Below, one piece after another: positions 1 through 11,539 of a DNA stretch of 64,000 bases; position 1 is the first letter of the stretch; each line of letters begins with the position of its first letter. The position numbers were made by a program, and so were the translations under genes. The notes under the pieces were generated by a model. The model did not search any database. It saw only the letters and a program-made list of their open reading frames with translations, and was not told the DNA's origin. Source of the DNA: Eledone cirrhosa (Eukaryota); NCBI GenBank assembly GCA_964016885.1, contig OZ024743.1:94426001-94490000 (forward strand). Direction: 5' to 3'.

Positions 1-1018
1 TCTTTAAAATATACCCATCTACCTTTCTTTAAAGGGCATTATACACTCTATAATACTCGTTTACTCATTACCCTCATTCTATCTTCTCGTAAAACAATAA
101 CATTTGTTTTTGACATTTTGAATATTCATCCGCAATCATTATTATTTTTTCTCTCTATCATAAATCTTTTTAATCTCAATTTCATCCTTAATTTATTATT
201 ATTTTTTTCTCCCCATCAACGAACTCATTATTAATACATATGAATTCAATATACAAACTTTAACTTCACATTATTTTTCTCAAATCCTTCTACACATAAA
301 CCTTAACATTTTTCTCTTTGCTAATTTTGAAATTGCCACTATACATACATTTCTTCTTTTGACGTTAGAATATTCACCCACAATTATTATTTTTTCTCTC
401 TATCTTCATACATAATTTCCCTTCGTTAATTTTCAAATTCCTTTAATTTATACATTATCTTCCAACGGTTCCCAACCTCTCTATATTAAAACATTATATC
501 TTTTTCTCAGTTATAAAAACTATCTCTTTCTCTCTATCACCCATCTCTCCCTTTCCACCTTCACTCTCATCTCCTCCCCCTTTTTTTCATCCTTTCCACC
601 CCCCCCTCCCTAAATAAAATATTTTTTCCTCGCACATATCCTCCCTTCGTTAATTTTCAAAATTTTTAATTTATACAGTATCTTCCAACGGTTTTCAACC
701 CCTCTATATAAAATATATCTCCTCTCAGTTATAAAAACTATCTCTTTCTCTCTATCACCCATCTCTCCCTCTCATCTCCTTCCCTTTTCATCCTTTCCCC
801 CCCCCTCTCTAAATAAAATATTTTTCCCAATATCACACATCAATCTAAAACCACTTTTCATATGTTGATTTAAAACTGCACTATCAAGTGTTTTTTAGCC
901 TTCATATCATGTTCTCCTGTTTTATCTGATGAAAACACAAATATTATTGTTTGATGATGTTTGTTTTTGAAATGCGCATAATAAAATATATGGAACTCCT
1001 TTAACCATCTTTTGATCT

Positions 1019-1020
<2 letters not shown>
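1..1020 (+). mobile_element. 3' portion of a probable Penelope-like element (pyrimidine-rich body, internal ~220-bp duplication, terminal hammerhead), ending at (TA)n
   Basis: Hammerhead motif at 920-986 overlapping AATAAA shortly before a (TA)n tract; 420-625 is repeated at about 643-825; no ORF visible. Confidence 0.5.
920..986 (+). ncRNA. Minimal type-I hammerhead ribozyme motif
   Basis: TTTTAT(920-925) CTGATGA(926-932) weak stem II GAAA(969-972) palindromic TGCGCA, TA, ATAAAA(981-986) pairing with 920-925. Confidence 0.65.
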
Positions 1021-1059
<39 letters not shown>

Positions 1060-1290
1060 GAAACACACAGATACATGCGGACACACACATATATACATGA
1101 ATGCATCCGCACCCAACTGTGAGTTAAGGGTGCCAACTTCACCGATGTTGCTCAATGAATGACTGGGACAGACCAATTCAGTTTGAACCAGACTGAACCA
1201 GTATCAGAGTTAAAAATACATTATGAAGAGAGAAGAAACATTTAGATATAATTAGTAATAAAATGTATCATACCTAAACTGTTCCTAAAT

Positions 1291-1378
1291 TCCTCGACTA
1301 CGTAGTTTCGTGGCATAAACAAAAACAATATATCAAAGATATAGAGTCCTTGCGAGGTCTGCCGACTTATCAAGAGGA
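1291..1378 (-). ncRNA. Type-I hammerhead ribozyme, U3-A8 core variant
   Basis: Minus strand: TCCTC TTGATAA GTCGGCA...TGCCAC GAAA CTACGTAG TC GAGGA; 5-bp stem I, bulged 6-bp stem II, palindromic stem III, GUC cleavage triplet. Confidence 0.85.
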
Positions 1379-1881
1379 TACCTCATTTTACTAGTCTCAA
1401 GAACGCGTCTACACGACGTGAGAAAGAATCCCAAAAGGCGGAGGGGGAGATAGTCACGCGATATAACGGTCGAGAAACAGAGCTAAGCCTCTTATAACCA
1501 CGAAGAAAATACCACGGAGGCGGAGGGGGTGTTCATATCGAGGCCGTAGAAGAGGTAGTGAAGAAGGCGAGAAGTATGAGTAATGGAAGCTTTCCAGTTG
1601 TCCCCACACTTCAAAGATTGCTCGACCAGAGGGAGTTATTAATATATTTAGAAACACACAGATACATGCGGACACACACATATATACATGAATGCATCCG
1701 CACCCAACTGTGAGTTAAGGGTGCCAACTTCACCGATGTTGCTCAATGAATGACTGGGACAGACCAATTCAGTTTGAACCAGACTGAACCAGTATCAGAG
1801 TTAAAAATACATTATGAAGAGAGAAGAAACATTTAGATATAATTAGTAATAAAATGTATCATACCTAAACTGTTCCTAAAT

Positions 1882-1969
1882 TCCTCGACTACGTAGTTTC
1901 GTGGCATAAACAAAAACAATATATCAAAGATATAGAGTCCTTGCGAGGTCTGCCGACTTATCAAGAGGA
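1882..1969 (-). ncRNA. Type-I hammerhead ribozyme, U3-A8 core variant (second copy)
   Basis: Identical to 1291-1378, shifted by 591. Confidence 0.85.
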
Positions 1970-2342
1970 TACCTCATTTTACTAGTCTCAAGAACGCGTC
2001 TACACGACGTGAGAAAGAATCCCAAAAGGCGGAGGGGGAGATAGTCACGCGATATAACGGTCGAGAAACAGAGCTAAGCCTCTTATAACCACGAAGAAAA
2101 TACCACGGAGGCGGAGGGGGTATTCATATCGAGGCCGTAGAAGAGGTAGTGAAGAAGGCGAGAAGTATGAGTAATGGAAGCTTTCCAGTTGTCCCCACAC
2201 TTCAAAGATTGCTCGACCAGAGGGAGTTATTAATATATTTAGAAACACACAGATACATGCGGACACACACATATATACATGAATGCATCCGCACCCAACT
2301 GTGAGTTAAGGGTGCCAACTTCACCGATGTTGCTCAATGAAT

Positions 2343-2388
<46 letters not shown>

Positions 2389-2443
2389 CGGCGATGAACT
2401 AGTTTTGTGAGGTTTTTTATATGAAATCGTGTGTCGAAACAAA

Positions 2444-2739
2444 TATTGTTATACTTGGGGAGGGTCATATTTGTGTAATATTGCCAGAATTAATAACAGA
2501 ACACACTCACTGTTTGGTTGGTTTTCGCTTCTCGCTGTCTTTTATATCGGTAATCTAACTTACTCGGTCCTCAATGTTGCCATTGACTGACCGACGGTCA
2601 AAAATAATACAGATACAATATAGACACAAACACATATATATAGTTTATCATAAATCTTTCGTTGCACATCTGCAACATCGTCAGTGGTGTTATATTTTCC
2701 TCCTGTTGTGTTGTATGTCTACGCCATTTTTATTCAGTC

Positions 2740-2743
<4 letters not shown>
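2444..2743 (-). mobile_element. PLE terminal-repeat fragment, family A, with hammerhead-like core at 2647-2688
   Basis: Minus: ACCA CTGACGA t GTTGCA gatg TGCAAC GAAA GATT TA TG; related copies at 34890-35520, 55870-56045 and 63730-64000; ends in (TA)n. Confidence 0.6.
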
Positions 2744-2830
<87 letters not shown>

Positions 2831-2888
2831 TATATATATATGTTTTTAAATAACATACAGTATATTGCCAAATATACTGTATGTTTAA

Positions 2889-2918
<30 letters not shown>

Positions 2919-2925
<7 letters not shown>

Positions 2926-3190
2926 ATACTTTGGGAGGGTCATGTTGCCAATAAGAAACACACGCACCAGTTGCTTTTACTTCAATTTATTATAATAAAT
3001 TCATAAATTTAGGAATTTATAAATTTCCGGCCGGTTGGCCGGTTCCACAACCAGATGGTTGTTTATATATTGTCAAAGTTCTTTCGTCACACATTCTGTG
3101 ATCTCTTCAGTGACTGGGGATTCTTTTCTTTGTTTTTATGCCTCTCCTTTGTTCTGTCTTACGCCATCTTGTCTCTGTGTGTGACACACA
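2919..3190 (-). mobile_element. PLE terminal-repeat fragment, family B, with hammerhead-like core at 3072-3114
   Basis: Minus: GTCA CTGAAGA g ATCACA gaatg TGTGAC GAAA GAAC TT TGAC; homologous to 47098-47345; shares the TTGTTATACTT..GGAGGGTCAT end with family A. Confidence 0.6.
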
Positions 3191-3300
3191 CAGAAACAAG
3201 ATGGCGTAAGACAGAACACCCGCCTTCCCTTGCGTACGGACTGCAGCATACATCCAGTATGTCCTTCTTAACCACTATCTTCCCTCACCCTTCCATACAT

Positions 3301-6300
3301 ACAGTTTCTGGCTTGGTTTCTACGGATGGATGCCCTTCCTAACGCCAACCACATTTACAGTGAGTACTCAGTACTTTTTGTCGTGACACCTATACGACCA
3401 CTTTACAGATTGGACTGGGGACTGAAGCATGGGTGTAAGGGCTTGGGAGGAGGGGTCTGATAAGATGTGAATGGCGTGTTGGGGCGTGGGAGGTGTATGG
3501 AAGGGTGAGGGAAGATAGTGGTTAAGAGGGGCATACTAGATGTAAGCTTCAGTCCGTATGCAAGAGAAGGCAGGTGTTTTGTATTACTGTATAAGGTCAA
3601 AGATCTCTGTCTCGTGCCATTATCTTTGAGAGGTGCAATTGTGCAAGGTCAGCTTTTATCACTTCATCCCAGGTCTTCATGGGTCTTACGTCTGGGCATT
3701 TCAAGGGGCTAGTATCCTCTGGACACTTGCTACTTACTGCACCTGTGTATCGACCGCATATAAAATCTACGTTCTTTGATAGACTACCTGAGATCCCACT
3801 ACATCCCTTGTGTACCCATGGTTTGCATTTGGGACATAGGATGGAGTTTCTACTTACTCCTTTCATGCACACTGAACAAGGCCATTTCCCTGAGGGAATT
3901 AGGGTCCTGTTATACTTTCTACATAAGAACTTTAGTCTTTGACAAGTTAACATTAAGACCTTTTGATTTTAGGCTATGCTTCCAGGTTTGGAATCTCTTC
4001 TCTAATTCTGCCATAGATTCAGCTATGGGGATTAGATCATCTGCATACAGATGTTATAGCCTGTAGGGCAATAATTGTTTCTACTTTTGGCACAAGGCCA
4101 GCAATTACCCCAGGGCGTTACTGGTACTTTATTTTATCGACCCCGTTAGGATGAAAGGCAAAGTTAACCTCGGCGGAATTTGAACTCAGAACGTAAAGAG
4201 CCATAACTCTATGCCACAAAGTATGGTGTCTGACGCTCTACCAATACTGTCAGGAGTGGGCTAAGGATGGAGCCGTGATGCACTAAATTCTTCACTGCAG
4301 TTTTTGTTAATTCTAACCTTGCTGATTGTTCCTCTATACATGTCTTGTACAGCCTTCACAAGTTTGTTTAGCCGACCAAGTCAAACAAAAGCTAAGTAGA
4401 GGGGTTTACCTTTAGCTAGGTACTTCACGAGGAAGAGAGTATCCGTGGTACTTTTACCTGGCACAAATCCAAATTGCATTTCATCTAGTTTAACTCGGTC
4501 CCTAATTAGCTGTGCGATAATTCTTTTTGTAATCTTCATGACCTGGTCAACCAACTTAATGCCTCTATAGTTTTCTCTGTCCAGACCATCTCCATTGTAA
4601 TTGTAGCAGTTGACAATGATGCTGCTACGCTAATCATGAGGTATAACACCGTTTTGTATTACTTTGTTTACAATACAGGTGGCTGTGGCGTGATCCACCA
4701 TTCCACATACTTTCAGCATCTTGGCAACTATTCCCGAAGGTCCAGCTGCTTTCCCCGTCTTCATATCTTTGATTGCCTTACTTAATATACTACTACTAGC
4801 TTGCACAGCCGGTCCCTCTGTTGAGTCAATTTGGGGCAAACTATCTTCATCCCATTCATTCTCCTCATTTAGTAGTTTTCATTGTGGTACTTCCATGCTA
4901 CCTTCTTTTCAGCATTAGTGAGGGCGAGTACTCCGTTATCATTACGGATGCACTTCTCCCCAGTGACATCACAATTTTCCCTGACACATTGCCTCGCAAT
5001 CCTGAACACCTCACGCCTTTGATACTCGCGTTGTAGAACATGATTAAATTTTTTATCTTCTGCTTCCCTTCTTGTCACCTAGCTTTTCTCCTATTTTTCT
5101 GGTAGTGTTCTCTACTTCTCCTATCCCACCATTCTTTCCATATCTGTCTTTTGGCCTTAATTGTCTGCCCCAACACCAAGTCACTCTTCTTCTCTCTAGA
5201 GACCTCCCCAACTACAGATGTCGTTTGTCGCCTTTAGTAGGTTATCTTTCAGGAATTCCCGCTGCTCCTCTATACTGTATATCTCTATTTGCTCTTCTTT
5301 ACTCTTAAAAGCATGAAGCAGCATACCTCTAAATTTGTTACTGTCTGTGGTATCCTTCAACTTCCACATTCTTCTCTGTCACCGAGTTTGTCTAACCCTA
5401 AATATGAGGTCACCAACTATTAGGTTATATTGGGAGGTGCATTCTTCGCCAGGGAGGGACTTTGTATTTACAACCATTACTCTCTCTCGTCCTCTGGTAA
5501 GGCTAGAATCTATCTGGCTGGTATGCTTTCCTGATATACGTGATCAAGTGATTGTCTCATTTTTATTTTTAAGTTTATGTTACAGATAGATAGGTCACTG
5601 GCATCACAGAATCCCAGGAGCCTGAAACATTCCTTATTTTTAGTACCAAATCCATAACCACCATCGCAGTGTTATCCAACATGCCCATTTAAGTCACCAG
5701 CAATAATTATATAGTCAGCGCCGTTTATTTGGGAGTGCATTAGGGACTCATAGAACCTGTCTTTTAGGACGTCTAGAAGACCAGATTGGAATGCATAAGC
5801 AGAAATAATTGACACGGTTGTTCTATTTAGTACTAGTCTAATTTTAATGACTCTGTCGTTCACTGTATTTACAACAGATATTTTATCTACCCATTTTTTT
5901 GTTAACATGATCCCTACTCCACCTAACCCGTTGACATTTCCCACCCAGAAAAATTTTGTAGCGTCATATTTTGCCACAAGGAATCAAGTTGACGCCTCCT
6001 CTCCATCTAGTCTCTTGTACACAACATACATTAATTTTATTTCGTTCAAGCATCTCTACAGTCTTACCTGATCGTTCTTTCATCATGTCTACGTTGATGG
6101 TATCAGCTCTGAATTTATGGATTTCACCGGAAGGGTGTGGGGAAGAAGAAGATGAAACTTTAAGAAGGAGAGTAGAAGATGAATTGGTGTTGGTTTTGGT
6201 TTTCCATGTCTGAAATAAAGAGGAGTTTTTGCGTGGTCGTCCGGAGACGGGAGATAAATTAATATTCGTCTTTGGAGTGCTCCAGGTCTCCAACTCTGTA

Positions 6301-6340
6301 GTCCATTTATCATACGAAACAGCAATTAGGCCCATAACAA
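3301..6340 (-). pseudogene. Degenerate RTE-clade LINE (APE endonuclease + RT), copy 1, with 464-bp deletion and no 3' tail
   Basis: APE motifs CCVQETRW, GVGIML, SAYA, AGDLNGHVG; RT motifs KAAGPSG and LYADDL (about 4031-4048); many stops and frameshifts. Confidence 0.85.
4065..4250 (-). mobile_element. tRNA-type SINE inserted in the LINE RT just upstream of YADD (also about 13421-13606 and 22792-22977)
   Basis: B-box-like GAGTTCAAATTCC followed by the family core GCCGAGGTTAACTTTGCCTTTCATCC...GTCGATAAAATAAAGTACCAGT. Confidence 0.8.
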
Positions 6341-6644
6341 TGTTTAGGAGGAGTAATAGTAGCAGAATAAGTAGCTTTTTTAAAAATAGAAATTGGGTTC
6401 AGAATGAAACGTATTTTGCGCTGCTGAGTTTTGATTGGTCCAAATGGCTATGGTGGTGTGTGGGGGACGGTGGAGGGGAAATGGCAGATTAATATTGATA
6501 AGAGGACTGGAGAGTGCCTTTAAAATAAGACTGAGGGGAAAAAGGAACTAGACTCCATGTGACTGAAATTGGGGATAAAGAGAGTGGAAAAGACAATATC
6601 TGAAGACCGGTGGAAAAACAGATCGAGAAAATAGAATATTTACT

Positions 6645-7110
6645 GACTAACAATTAGAATCTACTAATTCTCATTTAACCATCCAAATTCTCTAATTAAT
6701 ATTTAATGATCAGAATTCTCTAATTCATATTTAACCATCAGATTTCTCTAATTTATATTTGACCATCAGAATTCTCTAATTCATATTTAACCATCAGAAT
6801 TATCTAATTCTCATTTAACAATCAGAATTCTCTAATTCATATTTAACCATCAGAATTCTCTAATTTATATTTAACCATCAGAATTCTCTAATTCATATTT
6901 AGCCATCAGAATTCTCTAATTCATATTTAGCCATCAGAATTCTCTAATTCATATTTAACCATCAAAATTCTCTAATTCATACTTAACCATCAGAATTCTC
7001 TAATTCATATTTAAACAATCAGAGTTCTCTAATTCATATTTAACCATCATGATTCTCTAATTCATATTTAACCATCAGTATTCTCTAATTTATATTTAAC
7101 CATCAGAATT
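6645..7110. repeat. 28-bp minisatellite (AATTCTCTAATTCATATTTAACCATCAG)n; copies at about 16000-16459 and 25372-25696; diverged continuations at 8323-8555 and 11860-12090
   Basis: About 16 tandem units visible directly. Confidence 0.9.
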
Positions 7111-7895
7111 AAGTAAATAAACAAACATAAATTAACATTATTGTCTCGAAAATGTTGACAAAGCGTGAGTGTATTTGAAATTCATAGAAATAATTAGAAA
7201 ACTGAACACAAGAATAGATGTTAAAACAGTAAAATGCCGTCAATAATAGCATGTAAGTCGGGTAAAAATACCCCAAAGGCCAGTGGTCGGTGAAGAGAAA
7301 AGAAAAGCTGCAAGGTGGGTGATAGGCAGATGAAATATAGAAAAGATTGAGAGAAGAGGAGAAGAAGTGTGTTGACACATAGAAATGATAGGAGGTGTGT
7401 TGTCACGTAGAAGTGATAGGAATAAATAAATAAAGGAAGACATTGAATGATACAAATTCACACACACACAAATCTGCCTTATCAGCTCTCAAATAGGGAA
7501 GTTGTTTCGCGCGATTTAATCGAGAGGACCACATAAATTTGCCGGCTAGTGCAACAGAAAATATATATTTCTGCTGGAATGATGTGCGCGCGATAAGACG
7601 AACAGAACCAACAGACAGGCAGATCAGAGAGCAAAGTAAAACGTGTCCTGTCGGTATAAAGACGCCGCTAGAAGGGACAGTAAAAGCCCTTCTTTCTTCC
7701 TATCACTTCTACGTGCCAACACACCTCCTTCTCCCCTTTCAGTCTTTTCTATATTTCATCTGCCAATCACTCACCACGCAGATTTACTTTTCTCTTTACC
7801 GACCACTGGTCACTGATCTGTCCTTTGAATTATTTTTACCCCTCTTAATACTGAAGGCTAATCTTGTGTTGATTTTTCTATGAATTTCAAACTTA
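7110..7895. mobile_element. Fold-back or MITE-like element with long imperfect inverted arms (also about 16460-17244 and 25697-26481)
   Basis: About 7173-7392 is an imperfect reverse complement of about 7698-7891 (CCAGTGGTCGGT/ACCGACCACTGG, GGCAGATGAAATATAGAAAAGA/TCTTTTCTATATTTCATCTGCC, TTTGAAATTCATAGAAA/TTTCTATGAATTTCAAA). Confidence 0.65.
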
Positions 7896-7897
7896 AT

Positions 7898-8322
7898 TAC
7901 TCTCGGGTTTCGAATAATCGTACCCCGCTTTTATTAATTTTTCAGATTTTTTTCCAACACCCCTGTTCTTACTCCACCCCCCACTCCTGCGTATTAAATT
8001 TATTTTATTAATCTATCTCCGGTGAAATTTTATTTTAAGTGGTAGCATTCCTGTGACAATTAATTTTCTTTATAGATTAAAAAACATTATACATGACAAA
8101 AAAGTACATTACTAGAAATCCTATACGTTATAAAATAAATAGGATGGGTTGGAGGTCGCAATATGTAAACTAAATGAATATTTCTGGTCTTTAAAAATCA
8201 ACGGAAACAACCTAAAAAAATTACCGATTTTCAACCCCGCCCCCTCCCATCTTATTCGAACTCCTCCGCTTATTCCAACCCTCCACTTATTCCACCACCC
8301 TATTATTTGGGACCCAAGAGTA
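7898..8322. mobile_element. MITE with ~21-bp imperfect TIRs and TA ends (also about 17247-17671 and 26484-26909)
   Basis: TACTCTCGGGTTTCGAATAAT ... ATTATTTGGGACCCAAGAGTA. Confidence 0.6.
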
Positions 8323-8669
8323 GTTCATATTTAGCAACCAGAAATAGCTAATTTTTATTTAACAATTCGGATTAATTAATTCACGTTTAATAATCTCAAT
8401 TAATTAACATTTAACAATCCGAAATAATTAATTCACCTTTAACGATTCGGATTAGTTAATTCACATTTAACAATTCGGATTAGTTAATTTACATTTAACA
8501 ATCCGGATTAGTTAATTCACAGTTAACAATTAAAATCCACCCATTCACATTTAACAACAACAAAGTAACAAACAACTTCAACTGCATGTCTAAACATACA
8601 TATCATAACATAAACTTTTATTATCCCGTACAGAATCTAAAATCTTGGGTGCAACTGCTCTATTATATG

Positions 8670-8860
8670 ATGTGGATTGACAGTATCGGTAGAGGGTCTG
8701 ACCCCATGCTTTGTAGCATAGAGTTACGGCCTTTGCCATTCTGAGTTCAAATCCCGCCGAGGTTAACTTTGCCTTTCATCCTTACGAAGTCGATAAAATA
8801 AAGTACCAGTAATGCACTGGTAATTCGAGGGTCTTGTGCCCAAAGTAGAAACAATTATAT
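8670..8860 (+). mobile_element. tRNA-type SINE (also about 18020-18210 and 27425-27615; degenerate copies near 28720, 31330, 37750, 52200, 57500 and 60170)
   Basis: GAGTTCAAATCCCGCCGAGGTTAACTTTGCCTTTCATCC core and AGTAGAAACAATTAT tail. Confidence 0.8.
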
Positions 8861-9803
8861 GATTGAACCTCTGTCGGTTCCGACGTTGAGTGTTCCTGTT
8901 GTTCGATCAACAGAACAGACTGCTCGTGAAATTAACGTACGTGCAAGTGGCTGGTTATTCAGCATGCACCTATTCGCAAATCTCAGCGGGATTTAGCGTG
9001 ACACAGTGTGGGACATGGTTGGCTTTTTTAATTATAGGTTCAATGAGTCAAACATCCTAACCACTAAGCCACATACCTTTTCACTGCAATATAATGATAA
9101 TGATAAAGAAAATCTGTGTAAAGAAAATTTCTTAAAGAAGAAAGCATTATTTACTGTGAGAAAAAATCCTGTCCGCAAAACAGGCCTTTCAATTCATCAG
9201 TTGAGTTCCCAATCATTCCATATAAAACATTATTAAGACACCGATAATTATTTTAAAAATGCAAAACAGCGAAAGTTCACATAAAAATGGCGACAATTCA
9301 TTAATTGATAAGTAGAAGAACTGTGATCTTTATATCAAAGACAATATCTAGACAATCCTCAACCTCATTTCGACATTAAATCGTAAGTTCAAACTTATTG
9401 CAGGCATTCAACAAGCGAACACAATTTTATTAAAGAATTTTCTGGCGTGGTACTTAATACTCCAGGATAAATTATGAGACATTGTAAAATATGTGGTTAT
9501 GGCTATTTTGGAAAAGCGGGTACAATGCGAGTTAGAAATACAAGAGGGAAACTAGAGTAGAGTAAGAAAAACAAAACAACAACAGTTTATTCGTTTACTT
9601 TGTTCTTCATCCACTTTCGAGGTTTTACTTCTTTTCAAAAGAAAAGAAATGGCGTTTGGAGTTGACAACGAGCGGTGCTTTTCTTGCGAACAGTGTAGTT
9701 AATATGTAACATTGTGAGAAATGTGCTTAGTGTTGTTTGGGGAAAACCAGTACAATGCATCTTTATAAAATTAAGGTTAATGAAACAAAAAAAGTTTACA
9801 CAT

Positions 9804-9852
9804 TTACTTTGTATCTCGTGATATTTCAACAGTACGTCCTCATCAGATAAAA
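9804..9852 (-). ncRNA. Degenerate hammerhead motif (second copy about 19153-19201)
   Basis: Minus: TTTTAT CTGATGA g GAC gtact GTT GAAA TATC acga GATA CA; U16.1 replaced by C and stem I decayed. Confidence 0.45.
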
Positions 9853-9915
9853 TAAGATTGTGCATGACATACCCTGACATAGTAGATGGTTAAGATTCAG
9901 TCATGGTAGTCATTT

Positions 9916-10011
<96 letters not shown>

Positions 10012-10081
10012 GGAAAAGAATGAAACGAAATTTCATTTCTCACTCTTAGTACGGCTGATACTTAAATGTAAATATGTACAC

Positions 10082-10331
10082 GTACATACATATATGTATA
10101 CAGACGTACAGTACTACTGTACATACATATATGTATACAGACGTACAGTACTACTGTACATACGTATATGTATACAGACGTACAGTACTACTGTACATAC
10201 ATATATGTATACAGACGTACAGTACTACTGTACATACATATATGTATACAGACGTACAGTACTACTGTACATACATATATGTATACAGACGTACAGTACT
10301 ACTGTACGTCTGTATACATATATGTATGTAC
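10082..10331. repeat. 37-bp minisatellite x6 ending in an inverted unit (second copy about 19453-19702)
   Basis: Unit GTACATACATATATGTATACAGACGTACAGTACTACT; 10301-10331 is the reverse complement of the first 31 nt of the unit. Confidence 0.9.
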
Positions 10332-10555
10332 GTATACATATTTACATATATATAAAGAGTCGGGACCCGATGTTTGAAACGGCAAGAGCTCAGCTGTCGG
10401 GTCCCGATTCTGTATAATGTTAGTCATACTCTACCACCCCAAGTATCGAGTACTCTGATGAGTAATGGTCTAACTAGTTTCAAACTGCTTCTATCCTGAT
10501 ATATATATATTGTTCCAGGTACCATATATACAAGTATATAAGTCAAGCTATATAC

Positions 10556-10591
<36 letters not shown>

Positions 10592-11483
10592 TGAGAGAGA
10601 GAGAAAGACTGACAGAGTTGATCACACACTATATTGCCATATAGAGAATACGTGTTGCATAGAAAGAGATATAATGTTAAGCTTCCATACCTAAAGCCCC
10701 CACCAGTAAATAAAACACCCTAGAAAACAAAAACTCAAAAACGAACGAAAATCTAAAGCCGTTCTTTACTTACGCTTGGTCAATTTGTGTTGTTTCGTAT
10801 CAAATATCTTTTCTTTAATAACGTTTAAGTAAAAATACACACCGTATTTATAGGGATTCAGACCCCGATTCTCCACCATCTTTTTTTAATTTTTATTAAC
10901 CTTTTATTTATTCAAATATTTATCTATTAATCTTTTGTTAATTATTTCATTGAGAAATATACCTTAGCTTGAGGAATTTGCGATTCACGTGAACATATTT
11001 ATATAAAAGAATAAAGAAGATAATTGTTCTATCAGCAAGAGAAAATATTTTATTGTTCTCTATTTTGAGTTAACGGTTGATTTCCGGCACTTGTCAATCA
11101 TGTTCTCACGCTTTCATTTTCTTGTTTGACTTCTATGTATGTATGTGTATGTGTGTGTGTGTATGTATGTATGTAGTTTTATGTAATATAATGCATGCTT
11201 ATTTTACGCTAGTATCTCGTGTCTTCATGTGTGACTACAAAATTGTATTGTGTATCCACGAGGCCAAACACGTGTGCTGACCGACAGAGGTCATTGGTGA
11301 CCCAGGGGCTATTTCCTCGCCTTCACACTGCGGAAGTAGAGGGCAAATTGATATTCCTTAAGAATTTGACCCCAAAACTCCAGATTTCGGTTACTTGGCC
11401 ACAATTTGAACTTTAGATCATACGGAGCCGAAACAATATTATAAGCAAGTCTTCTACAATTCTTGTCACTCCATAGTCTTTTT

Positions 11484-11539
<56 letters not shown>

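Larger units (their letters stand above)
1051..2345 (-). repeat. 591-bp head-to-tail tandem repeat (2.2 units) between (TA)n tracts, one hammerhead per unit (retrozyme or PLE pLTR-like)
   Basis: Offset 591 (1454 vs 2045); I saw only one substitution between the two full units (1530 G vs 2121 A); third partial unit about 2233-2345. Confidence 0.9.

Noticed and set aside
1454-2272. Duplicated 75-aa ORF in the 591-bp repeat
   Set aside because: Short, no recognisable motif, non-ATG start; identity only reflects the DNA repeat.
2574-2967. ORFs rich in YI, HT, CV, RE or WMDG repeats here and across the window
   Set aside because: They are translations of (TA)n, (CA)n, (GA)n and (GGAT)n microsatellites, not genes.
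6645-7110. 28-bp and 37-bp arrays as CRISPR arrays
   Set aside because: Contiguous tandem units without unique spacers, no cas genes, eukaryotic context.
8670-8860. GAGTTCAAATCCC as a tRNA gene
   Set aside because: Only a B-box-like motif within a dispersed SINE; no cloverleaf could be built.
10450-10500. CTGATGA at about 10456 as a hammerhead
   Set aside because: No GAAA or stem I partner on the same strand; the GAAACTAGTT half-motif is on the opposite strand.
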